DNA of 64,000 bases from assembly GCA_964016885.1 (NCBI GenBank), contig OZ024742.1, positions 354,702,001-354,766,000 on the forward strand, written 5' to 3'. This DNA comes from Eledone cirrhosa. Lineage: Eukaryota. The position numbers and the translations under genes are program-made. The first letter of the stretch is position 1; each line of letters opens with the position of its first letter. Below, one piece after another: positions 42,299 to 53,949 of the stretch. The notes below the pieces were generated by a model that was given only the letters and a program-made list of their open reading frames with translations, did not search any database and was not told the origin of the DNA.

Positions 42299-42338
<40 letters not shown>

Positions 42339-42445
42339 TTATATATATATATTATTATTATATGAAGTTGTTCATTCTACTGACATGGCTTTAAAAATGA
42401 GGATTGTTTGCATAATTGCAAACGAATCGAATGTTATTATTAATA

Positions 42446-42632
42446 TTTGGATTGGCGGTATCGGTAGAAGGTCGGACGCTATGCTTTGACGCATAGAGTT
42501 ACGGCCCTTGCCATTCTGAGTTCAAATCCCACCGAGGTTAATTTGCCTTTCATCCTTACGGGGTCGATAGGGTAAAGTACCAGTAATGCACTGGTTAATT
42601 GCTGGCATTGTGCCAACTATAGAAACAATCAT
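42446..42632 (+). mobile_element. tRNA-derived SINE
   Basis: tggcggtatcgg, gagttcaaatccc, body and tail as at 12389. Confidence 0.85.
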
Positions 42633-42746
42633 TAATATTCGAAAAACTCAGATTACATTTATTGTATTCAGCCATAAAAAGCGAAACATTATATATATAC
42701 ACACACAATAAAATGAGTTCCAATGCATCACTGATTTTTCGTTTTC

Positions 42747-42786
<40 letters not shown>

Positions 42787-42802
42787 ATCTCTCTCTCTCT
42801 CT

Positions 42803-42879
<77 letters not shown>

Positions 42880-42886
<7 letters not shown>

Positions 42887-44404
42887 AGATCAAAAGATGG
42901 TTAAAGGAGTTCCATGTATTTTATTATGCGCATTTCAAAAACAAACATCATCATGCAATAATATTTGTGTTTTCATCAGATAAAACAGGAGAACATGATA
43001 TGAAGGCTAAAAAACACTTGTGGATAGTGCAGTTTTAAATCAACATATGAAAAGTGGTTTTAGATTGATGTGTGATATTGGGAAAAATATTTTATTTAGA
43101 GAGGGGGGGAGGATGAAAATGGGGAGGAGATGAGAGGGAGAGATGGGTGATAGAGAGAAAGAGATAGTTTTTATGACTGAGAGAAGATATATTGTTTTAC
43201 ATAGAGATGTTGAAAACCGTTGGAAGATAATGTATGAATTAAAAGAATTTGAAAATTAACGAAGGGAAAGATATGTACGAGGAAAAAATATTTTATTTAG
43301 GGAGGGGGGGGGGATGAAAAAAGGGGGAGGAGATGAGAGTGAAGGTGGAGAGGGAGAGATGGGTGATAGAGAGAAAGAGATAGTTTTTATAACTGAGAAA
43401 AGATATATTGTTTTACATAGAGAGGTTGAGAACCGTTGGAAGATAATGTATAAATTAAAAGAATTTGAAAATTAACGAAGGGAAAAATATTTACGAGGAA
43501 TGAGAGGGAGTTTATGTATGAAGATAGAGAGAAAAAATAATAATTGTGGATGAATATTCTAACGTCAAAAAGGTGTATGTTGATAAGTATTGTGGCAATT
43601 TCAAAATTAACGAAGAGAAAAAATTATTAAGGTTTGTGTGTAGAAGGATTTGAGAAAAATAATGTGAAGTTAAAGTTTGTATATTGAAGGAATTGATAAT
43701 ATGTGCGAAGAAAGAGTTAATATGTATTAAGAATGAGTTCGTTGATGGGGAGAAAAAAATAATAAATTAAGGATGAAATTGAGATTAAAATGTTTTATGA
43801 TAGAGAGAAAAAATAATAATAAGTGCGGATGAATATTCTAAGGTCAAAAAAACAATTGTATATGTTATGAAGGAGTTTACAAGGTGAAGATAGAAAGAGG
43901 GTAATGAGTAAACAAGTATTATAGAGTGTATAATGCCCTTTGAAGTAAGGTAGGAAGATGCGTATATTTTAAAGAGGTGTATGTATATGTGCCTTTGAGA
44001 AAAGATTCTAAATTGATAAAGAATTGAATATTAACTGTATACTTTGTGAAAAGTCCTATGGAATTTATGCAGGCAGATAGAAAACAAATCTGTACGTCTA
44101 TTTATTATAGAAACTAGATTAGAGATAATGGTAAATTTTTCATATAGGCAGAGATTACAGATTTTAGATAGAGAGCTGTTCAAGTATGAGGATGCAGAAG
44201 AAACCTTCTTCCAAATGATGGTATATTTAATGTTTTTGTCTTTCAAGGACCATATGAGTTCTGAGAGAGCCGTGTTGGTTCTTTTAAGTTTGTATTTGAA
44301 AGACGAATGGTGATTATAGAGACGAGCTTTAAAATAGGTGGAAGTGGAGCCAAAATAGGTGAAGGAATTGGAACTCCTTTAACCATCTTTTGATCTTATA
44401 TTAT
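42880..44404 (-). mobile_element. 5'-truncated PLE (EN end + 3' UTR) with a 35-bp inverted terminus
   Basis: YFGSTSTYFKARLYNHHSSF...CNLCLYEK...NRRTDLFSICLH at 44031-44370. 44369-44404 is the inverted copy of 42880-42915. A ~200-bp tandem duplication lies at 43082-43500. Confidence 0.8.
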
Positions 44405-44487
44405 GTATACTCCAGTCCTACAAACTGTAGAGTGCTTCTTATCCGATATCTGCATTGCTTTATTGTACTACAATAAAACTCACCTCC

Positions 44488-44592
<105 letters not shown>

Positions 44593-44619
44593 GTATGCGT
44601 GTGCACATATATATATATA

Positions 44620-45025
44620 TAACAACTTAAATAACAACTGCTTAGTTAAAAATATAATATACAACTGTAATGTTAAAACGGACGTTAATTATTTTAACTA
44701 CGTTGGTTCCACATCGACGGAATTTAAACTTCGCTATAACAACCACAAGAATTCTTTCACAGATCCATCCAAAAAATCTTCAACAGCACTATCAGGCGTA
44801 CTCTGGCAACTTAGGCATGATAACGTTAGATATTCGACGACTTGGAATATAGTTTCAAGGGGGATTCCTTTTAATTCATCCTCTGAGACATGTGACCTCT
44901 GTGCGGAGGAGATATTCTTTATACTAAAATCTAAAAATTCCCTTAATCTACGGACAAATTTATTCAGTTGCTGCAGACATAGATTGAACTCAACGTTTAA
45001 ATATAAATTTAAATTTAAAATGTAG
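44620..45025 (+). mobile_element. PLE GIY-YIG endonuclease fragment (open frame)
   Basis: [10 protein letters not shown]...YVGSTSTEFKLRYNNHKNSF...TALS..LWQL...CDLCAEE...LNLRTNLFSCCRH. Confidence 0.85.
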
Positions 45026-46330
45026 TTATGTTTGATTTGATTTGTAATTATTTATGAAACTAGCCGATAAATCTTTCGATTTCTTCTTTTTATTAAAACA
45101 TTCTTTTTATAAAACATTCTTCATGAATAATTAAACTACCCTAAAAGCTGATGCTCCAAATATATCGAATTAAATTTTACACTAGTTAAACTTCTATATT
45201 AAATATAAGAACATATGTAGACTAAATGGGTATCCTAAACTTTTGGAATTATTTCTGCTAGACAGGATTTGGTAAACAATTTTTGTTTTATCTGTTTCGA
45301 CTCTGATGCTTATGATGAACTTGGCAATATATTGTCAATTAACTTTGAAAGGCTGATCTCTGTGGCCGATTTGCGTGGCATACTATGTTTTATTTTTACT
45401 ATTTTTTAATATTTTTTAATATTTTTTATATTTAATATTAAATGTTTTAGTTTTCTGTTTATGTATTTATTTATTTTCTTGTCTATGATATTTTTATTTT
45501 TATTTTTATTTTTATTTTTATTAATATATTGAAATCTGTTCTCTATTTCTGCTTGATCGACAATCATGTAGAGTAAAGACAAGAATAGTATTGTTAAAAT
45601 TAATATAGACTCTATATATATGTGTATATATACACACATATATGTATACTTGAATTTTTATAGCACAATGAGAATGTTTTCGTGTGAATTGGGAGTTTGT
45701 TTATAATTATGATATAAACATATGAATTTTTAAAAACTAGACATAAGATCATTACTTTTCACACATTATAGATACATGTCTCATTCATGAATACTGATAT
45801 TTACATTATAATGCCTGTTTTATACGAACTAATATTTTCTACAGGATGAAGCATAGCGTTTTTAAATTCTGCCTCGTTTATGTCTGGTTATTTTTCATTT
45901 TCTCTTTTTCATTTTCTCTCTTTTTTCTCTGTATATAACGGCTATTTTCTCTCTTAACTACATACATCTCTCTTTACATTAATACTAGAGCTAAATAAAT
46001 AAATAAATAAATAAATGTATCAACCGATACTCAACTTCCTAGTTTCTCTATCTATCTCTATCTATCTCTTTCTTTTTTCCTCTCTCTCTATATATTTCTC
46101 TTTATTTCTCTCTGTTTCTTTACATGAAGTTCTTCTCTTTATCTATCTTTCTATATCTCTCTATTTAGTCACATGCATTTCTTCTTTTTCTTCGTTTCTC
46201 TTTCTTTCTTTCTTTTTCTCTTTCTTTTTACAACTGTCCACAATATTTTTTACTGCCAAATCAACCTCCCAAATGCAAGGTGATTGAAAGGTATGTCGTA
46301 TCTATTTATTTATAAGACTGTTTATATTGT

Positions 46331-46394
46331 ATTTTGTCTGAAGAAGGCATAACATATTGTTAATATGATATCCCTTAAATATATATAACGAAAT
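46331..46394 (+). ncRNA. decayed hammerhead motif (GAAA>TAAA); family of 59635-59693
   Basis: attttgt CTGAAGA agg...cct TAAA tatata TA acgaaat. Flanks 46285-46480 match 59545-59740 inverted. Confidence 0.5.
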
Positions 46395-46580
46395 AATTAT
46401 GGTTTTATAAATATAGTTTCCATTTATTTAATCATAAATATACTCCAAATACTTGTTGAGTGCTTTTATATCAGTTATAAATATTTACTCGTTGTTAACC
46501 CAACAATTTAAATATAACTTTCCATGTATATATATATATTTATTAAATAACAGATAAGTCTTCAATTTTATTATTATTAC

Positions 46581-46613
<33 letters not shown>

Positions 46614-46640
46614 GTATGTGTGTGTATATATATATATATA

Positions 46641-47603
46641 TAAAGAATTAGTATATTTACTAACATAGATATACAGATGCATAACTATGCCAGCAAGTAT
46701 ATAGGTTTTGTCTTAGTATCTTTGTGGTTCAATGCATGGTGATGCAGAACAATAATACGAGAGACGTAAAATAAGAAAATTATAAAAATTAACTTACTTA
46801 CTAAAATTTCACTCCAACTAATTAGTTTCTGAAAGAGAATAAACGTAGTTTCCGAAGAAACGTACGGAGAAGCCTTTCGTCATCAGGGAAGTCTATTCTC
46901 AGCTAAGTTTCCAGGCAATACGTGGAAACAGGGAACTTATACAAAAATAATTCAGTGGATGGAAAAAAGCAAAGCGAGGTCTAAGTTCCAAGCCATTGAA
47001 AAAATCACTGCCTACTGCGTCGGTGGCAAATTCAAAAGAATCAATCAAGTGACATCGAGGTCAATCAGTGAAGAATGGTTTGTTAAGAAGACAGCAGCCG
47101 GACTGTTACTATGAACTATAGTAGCAGTTTTGGCCAATTTTGGCTCGACAAAATAATTTGGAGATAATTATAAAGAATTAGTATATTACTAACATATATA
47201 TACAGATATATATATTACTAACATATATATACAGATGCATAACTATGCCTGCAATTATATAGGTTTTGTCTTAGTAACTTTGTGGTTCAATGCATGGGGA
47301 TGCTGAACAATAATATGAGAGACGTAAAATAAGAAAATTATAAAAATTAACTTACTTACTAAAATTTCACTCCAACTAATTAGTTTCTGAAAGGGAATAA
47401 ACGTAGTTTCCGAAGAAATGTACGGAGAAGCCTTTCGTCATCAGGAAAGTCTATTCTCAGCTAAGTTTCCAGGCAATACGTGATGACGAAAGGCTTCTCC
47501 GTACGTTTCTTCGGAAACTACGTTTATTCCCTTCCAGAAACTAATTAGTTGCAGTGAAATTTTAGTAAGTAAGTTAATTTTTATAATTTTCTTATTTTAC
47601 GTT

Positions 47604-47610
<7 letters not shown>
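46641..47610 (-). mobile_element. tandem ~530-560-bp HHR-containing repeat (about 1.6 copies) plus inverted terminal piece; candidate retrozyme or PLE pLTR array
   Basis: 46641-47170 repeats from 47171. 47481-47610 is an inverted copy of ~47315-47443. HHR on the minus strand at 46812-46890 and 47370-47448: ttcc CTGATGA cgaaagg...ctttca GAAA ctaattag TT ggag. (TA)n on both sides. Confidence 0.75.
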
Positions 47611-47646
<36 letters not shown>

Positions 47647-48555
47647 AATAAAATGTACACTTATGCTGCAACACTGGCATTGACTCTACTTACTCTGTTT
47701 GCAATCTGCAAACAACAGCCACCTTAACACCAAAATAACACCCAATACTCAACAGGCCTCATTACATCATTGTGTGTGGCCTGTTTCAATCATGTTCTTG
47801 CTTACTATACCGGGTATCTTTACTGTTGGTAATCGACTTCTTTTTCATCAATCTTGGGTCATTAATTTACTGGGTTTATATCTCATTGTAATACATTAAA
47901 TACCAAAACTAGAAATTATGTTGTCGTGATTTCATATCGTGCGAACATTTCGTAGAAATGTTTATACATTGATTTATACAACACGAACTATCGTATATAA
48001 AGTTAGAGAAAACAGCACGTAGGTTAATTATTTAAAACTGCGCTTACATTTCTAAATGCTTTGAATGTTTTTTTCATCCTATTAAACATCATTCATTGCC
48101 TTGTTTACGTTCCAAATATTGCTACTTATCGGTGTAATCTTAAAGATTGTCACGCACGAACAATATACCGACTTAACAATTTGAGTACTAGAGCAATATT
48201 ACATGATTTTAAAATATTCTGAAGAAATCATTACTCTGTTTGAATATCCTCTGATATTTATATCTAGCCATGAGGATTGTCAGGCCATTTCTTATCCCTG
48301 TTTCGTGGCATGAAGTGACTGAGAATACAATACTCCCACGTGGACAAGACACCAATACATGTCAGGTTTAAAACCCCAGCCCTTCAATCTATTGGTGCTA
48401 TTCATTTACAGAGGAGTACATTCGAGCAACGTTAAAGGAAGTGTTTTTTTACGACACAACACAACCAAGTCCCGGTATTGAACTTAATTCAAACAACCTT
48501 ATTTCAAACAACCACTGATATATATATATATTTTTTCTTTTCCATTAACATTACA

Positions 48556-48655
48556 CGGCTTCTGACGAGGCGTGGATTACAGAGTCGGGTCAGATCGATA
48601 AAGATCGAAGTCTGAGCTGATCAGTGGCGAAACGCGCGTCACCAACCAATAAACG
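48556..48655 (+). ncRNA. hammerhead-like motif with poor stem I (second partial copy ~62000-62070)
   Basis: CTGACGA...gtggc GAAA cgcgcg TC accaacc AATAAA. Confidence 0.35.
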
Positions 48656-48701
48656 TAATGAAGGAGTAACCAACCGTCCTTGTTATTTTATTTCACTATA
48701 T

Positions 48702-48795
<94 letters not shown>

Positions 48796-48809
48796 TATGT
48801 GTATGTATA

Positions 48810-50580
48810 TATTAAAATACAAATATTAATAAAATATATGTTCTTTTGATCAATTACATTTTATTATACATATTTCGGATGTACAACAGTACGTCCTCAT
48901 CAGGCAAAATATAATGATACATGATATACCCTGAGATGTTAAATGGTTAAGATTTAATCAAGGTAGTGATTAACCTAAGAGAATGTTTAACATGTTTACC
49001 CTAATAATGAAAAAATGCGAAAACGTAATAAATTCAATAGAGAATGTGTGAGTAAGAAAAACGTTGCTTAATGTAACAGTTATAGAGATTTTAAAATGTA
49101 TGATACTACAATTTATGTTTATCTGGGAAAACAGTCAATGAGAGCCACTGGAATAGGATATATACAGAGGGAAAGATAAGGGGTTATATATGTAGGAGAT
49201 TTTCCGAAAGTTAAACGGTTAAGTTTGAAAATATTTAATTATGCTATTTCAGGGTGAAGAATCAAGATTATACATTTATTTTAAAAATTGCTGGTTATTT
49301 ATATTTATTAGTTTTGTAAATTCTATAAGTGTGTTAACATTTCTAAACTTCGGAATTTTATGAGGATAACATGTAAAGGATTTAGCTGGCCAGCGGAAAG
49401 GAAAGTTTACACTGTTGAATATTTTCCTAAATGTAAACTTTACCGAAGATAATCATTGTCAACATATATGGTATGTACATCTTATGAAGTACTTATTGTT
49501 AGAAATATTTAAATAACGATTATGTGTATAGATATATAATATTGGGCCAGTATATTTGAGGTAAGTGATAACGAAAATAAAAATAAAATAATAGATTGAG
49601 GCATGCTAATGATAAATATATACCTATATATAACAGGGTGTAAATGCATTAATTATTCATAGTTCGAAATAAATAATAATCAAGCAATTTAGAAGTTAAC
49701 TAAAAATTATGTATAGAAATATAGAGGTAGGTATATATGGATATAAATTAAGTATTATTGTTACACTATACTTTAGATAAATGATAACGGTTATTATTTT
49801 ATATAATAAAGTTCGAACGTGTTATAGTTAAATACATATATATATATATAAGAAAAGCAATAATAAATAATGGGTAATTCAGTGTGCAAAATAAGGTCTA
49901 TAATAATTTATAGTTTGTATATTTGCTCTATATTTGAATCATGGATATAAAAATGGAGTAGGTATAAACGTAGAAAATATAATTACATACATATTATAAA
50001 TAAGAGAACAAAAACACATGAAAGATTCACAGTTGGAAATAAGTTCCTTAAAAATGTATGGGTTGGATATTAAACTAAACTTTAAAACTTAGATAGCAAG
50101 ATAAAGATAGAGAAATAAAAAAATAATGATATGGATCAAAGTTAATAATATTATGTTATGTATATCAATATTCCGGCATGTTATTGAACAAGTGTCTTTC
50201 ATTCGAGCGTTATTTCTTCTATAGATAGTTATAAGATAAGGCCATTAATGTTTTTCCCTGTTGATTATATACATCTGACAACCAACTTTTTAATGGTTAA
50301 GTGTTTCTCTCTCTTTTTCTCTCGTTTTGTGGGGAGGCTAAGAATGTGGACGTAGCTTTATGGAGGTAACTAGAGAATAATTCACTTTTTTTGTTAATTA
50401 GGGTCTCATAGTTATTAATAATCATGATCTCCATTGTACAGAGCGCGCAGTTATTTGATATACTAGAGTTGCGGTAAACTCCACAGTTCCGAGGTACTGT
50501 TGTACATCCGAAATATGTATAATGAAATGTAATTGATCAAAAGAACATCTAGTTTATAAATATTTGTATTTTAATATTAA
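48810..50580 (-). mobile_element. 5'-truncated PLE (EN end + ~1.5-kb UTR) with inverted pLTR piece
   Basis: Minus 50345-50480 reads VYRNSSISNNCALCTMEIMIINNYETLINKKSELFS. 50494-50578 is the inverted copy of 48810-48892. Confidence 0.8.
48858..48910 (-). ncRNA. minimal type I hammerhead motif
   Basis: Minus: attttgc CTGATGA ggacgtac(tgtt)gtacatcc GAAA tatgta TA ataaaat. Confidence 0.7.
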
Positions 50581-50668
50581 TAACTCTGGAACATTATTTT
50601 ACCGTAGAGTGCTTCGAAACTACTGTAAAACTCATTCTTTGATATACTCATTCAATCTTGTTTAACTC

Positions 50669-50710
<42 letters not shown>

Positions 50711-50967
50711 CGTCCTTTCACGCACAAGGCGTGAAAGGACGTATTTCATATTACTACTACCTCCACATACGTTGAGAACAAACCGGGTCATTCCGACTGC
50801 TGCTGATAACAGCGGTGGCTAGTTCGACCTACCTCCTTTTGCCTCTATCTTTACTACGGCCCTTGATAAACCTGTTCTACATCATCCACTCTCATCCCAG
50901 GAACAGTCTTTGATAGCGCTAGTTTGTGATTTAAATTCAGGAATTTTATATTCTTTGAATGAAAAGA

Positions 50968-51051
50968 ACCTTCTGACGAGAATCTCTCTTTGCAACGAGG
51001 GCCGTATGGCCTACGTTTTATTTTTGGGATTCGAAACCGATCGGTAAAGGT
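50968..51051 (+). ncRNA. type I hammerhead ribozyme (copy 1)
   Basis: acctt CTGACGA gaatctc...gggattc GAAA ccgatcgg TA aaggt. Confidence 0.85.
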
Positions 51052-51450
51052 AACTATAGTAGGTAAAGTCAATTTTTTAAAATTTATTTTGAAACTTTTT
51101 CATTATTTACTAAACCTTGTTTATATTTGTTCTGGCTCGTTAATTTATTAACCCGCCATTGAACCACACTGGCACTTGGTTGGACAATACATGCGTACCT
51201 TGGCGCCTTGTGCGTGAAAGGACGTATTTCATATTACTACTACCTCCACATACGTTGAGAACAAACCGGGTCATTCCGACTGCTGCTGATAACAGCGGTG
51301 GCTAGTTCGACCTACCTCCTTTTGCCTCTATCTTTACTACGGCCCTTGATAAACCTGTTCTACATCATCCACTATCATCCCAGGAACAGTCTTTGATAGC
51401 GCTAGTTTGTGATTTAAATTCAGGAATTTTATATTCTTTGAATGAAAAGA

Positions 51451-51534
51451 ACCTTCTGACGAGAATCTCTCTTTGCAACGAGGGCCGTATGGCCTACGTT
51501 TTATTTTTGGGATTCGAAACCGATCGGTAAAGGT
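51451..51534 (+). ncRNA. type I hammerhead ribozyme (copy 2)
   Basis: Same motif, +483. Confidence 0.85.
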
Positions 51535-51933
51535 AACTATAGTAGGTAAAGTCAATTTTTTAAAATTTATTTTGAAACTTTTTCATTATTTACTAAACCT
51601 TGTTTATATTTGTTCTGGCTCGTTAATTTATTAACCCGCCATTGAACCACACTGGCACTTGGTTGGACAATACATGCGTACCTTGGCGCCTTGTGCGTGA
51701 AAGGACGTATTTCATATTACTACTACCTCCACATACGTTGAGAACAAACCGGGTCATTCCGACTGCTGCTGATAACAGCGGTGGCTAGTTCGACCTACCT
51801 CCTTTTGCCTCTATCTTTACTACGGCCCTTGATAAACCTGTTCTACATCATCCACTCTCATCCCAGGAACAGTCTTTGATAGCGCTAGTTTGTGATTTAA
51901 ATTCAGGAATTTTATATTCTTTGAATGAAAAGA

Positions 51934-52017
51934 ACCTTCTGACGAGAATCTCTCTTTGCAACGAGGGCCGTATGGCCTACGTTTTATTTTTGGGATTCGA
52001 AACCGATCGGTAAAGGT
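51934..52017 (+). ncRNA. type I hammerhead ribozyme (copy 3)
   Basis: Same motif, +966. Confidence 0.85.
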
Positions 52018-52084
52018 AACTATAGTAGGTAAAGTCAATTTTTTAAAATTTATTTTGAAACTTTTTCATTATTTACTAAACCTT

Positions 52085-52159
<75 letters not shown>

Positions 52160-52161
<2 letters not shown>

Positions 52162-52712
52162 CACTCGGAGGTTGCTTTTCGTTATTTCGTGGGCCGAAAT
52201 GCGAATCTCGATAATTTATGTTTGTATTATTCTCCAGACTCTAGCTATTGACCAGTTAATTTTCTTGATTTTTTAGTTGATTCTATTGACTGATGAATAG
52301 CTTATGTTAATGTTAACCCTTCTGTTGAGAACTCTATTCGATTTGTGATGTTTTTGCATTCTTGCAAGAAAATACACAACTGAATTTATTGGCTTCCTTT
52401 TTCAATGATCTTACCAGAAGCCTGACATTATATATGTAAGCGGACAGTACTTGATTTAGGAGCCGCAGAAACCCATATACTGTATTTTACCAACCTTCCA
52501 GGGGTCCGGGTAAATTTTCAATACCCGAATTACTTGATCGTTTTTTTGGCTATGCGAATGATTTATTTAACCATCGTCTCAGTGTGTTTGGCCTTTTATC
52601 GTTTGTTATAGCTCTGGTTCTTCTGAATCATTGAGCACTTGCTGCACATCTCGGAGGTTGTTTTTCGTTATTTCGTGGGCCGAATTGCGAATCTCGATAA
52701 TTTATGTTTGTT
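52160..52712. repeat. ~487-bp monomer with ~65-bp terminal direct redundancy between (TA)n runs
   Basis: ctcggaggttg...gcgaatctcgataatttatgtttgt at 52164-52225 and 52650-52712. Confidence 0.7.
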
Positions 52713-52747
52713 TATATATATATATATATATATATACATATATATAT

Positions 52748-52816
<69 letters not shown>

Positions 52817-53079
52817 TATGTGTGTGTGTATGTATATATATATATATGTATATGCCACTTTTCTTGTGGATTACTATCGACAATCGATTATGGTTATCTT
52901 TTTATATATTGTGATTCCTTCAGCGATTTTACATCGACCTTTGATGTGTTGTTTCTATTTGCTTGGAGTGGCGAGGTGTTAGTCTCTGAATTCCTTATTT
53001 CACTCATCTGTCATTACTGTCAGTGAGATTATACTCCATGCACTTATATCCCTATACGTTTCTCCTGCCTCTGTCTATC

Positions 53080-53155
<76 letters not shown>

Positions 53156-53177
53156 TATATATATATATATATATATA

Positions 53178-53870
53178 TTGTTATACTTGGGGAGGGTCAT
53201 ATTTGTGATATAATATTGCCAGAATTAATAACAGAACACACTCACTGTACTATACGAACAAGCCAGACAACAACACGACGGTAACATAGACAACATAGAA
53301 ATTAGAATAATATCTAAACATAGAAATGACCCAGCAGATAAGCAAATCAGAGAGGCCAGCGGAATAGAACTTAGAAGGCCAAGGCTAAACAGAAAAATTG
53401 AATGGAATAACAACAACACCCAAACGAACAACACTGACCTAAGAGATGAATAAATAAATAAATAAATACATACACAAGCACAATAAAAACAAACACATAT
53501 AAACACACACTAGTAAACTAAGATAGAATACAATAACCAATACACAGTCACCCAAACACGAACACACATCAAACAAAACACTATACACACTCGCAAATGC
53601 ATGAGCTGAGAAGACAAACAATAAACAAATAAATACATAAATAAACAGACTAAATAAAGATGTTGTAGGCATAAAATGCAACGGGAGGAAACATAATAGC
53701 ACCAATAACGATGTTGCAGACGAGCAACGAAAGAACTTTGTTAGACTATATATATGTGTTTGTGTCTATATTGCATCTGTATTTTTGACCGTTGGTCAAT
53801 CAATGGCAACTTTGAGGACCGAATACATTAAATTAACCGATATAAAAGACACAGAAGCGAAAAGATAAAA
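53178..53870. repeat. interspersed repeat family shared with 63677-64000
   Basis: gttatacttggggagggtcatatttgt...acagaacacactcactgt occurs at both sites. 63745-64000 matches ~53640-53870 inverted. Confidence 0.7.
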
Positions 53871-53949
53871 TAGGAAGATATGATAAAAGATAAAATAGGA
53901 AGATATGATATGAAGCTTAAACAACACTTGCGAGCAGTGAAGTGTTAAA

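Larger units (their letters stand above)
50702..52093 (+). mobile_element. 483-bp tandem array (~2.8 copies), one hammerhead per unit; candidate non-LTR retrozyme
   Basis: Exact 483 period (50729/51212/51695); near-identical copies; inverted 29-bp 5' piece 50702-50730; flanked by (TA)n. Confidence 0.9.

Noticed and set aside
50854-52038. Three repeated 72-aa minus-strand ORFs (MTLPTIVTF...)
   Set aside because: TTG start, antisense to the ribozyme, no recognisable motif; the repetition simply reflects the 483-bp unit.
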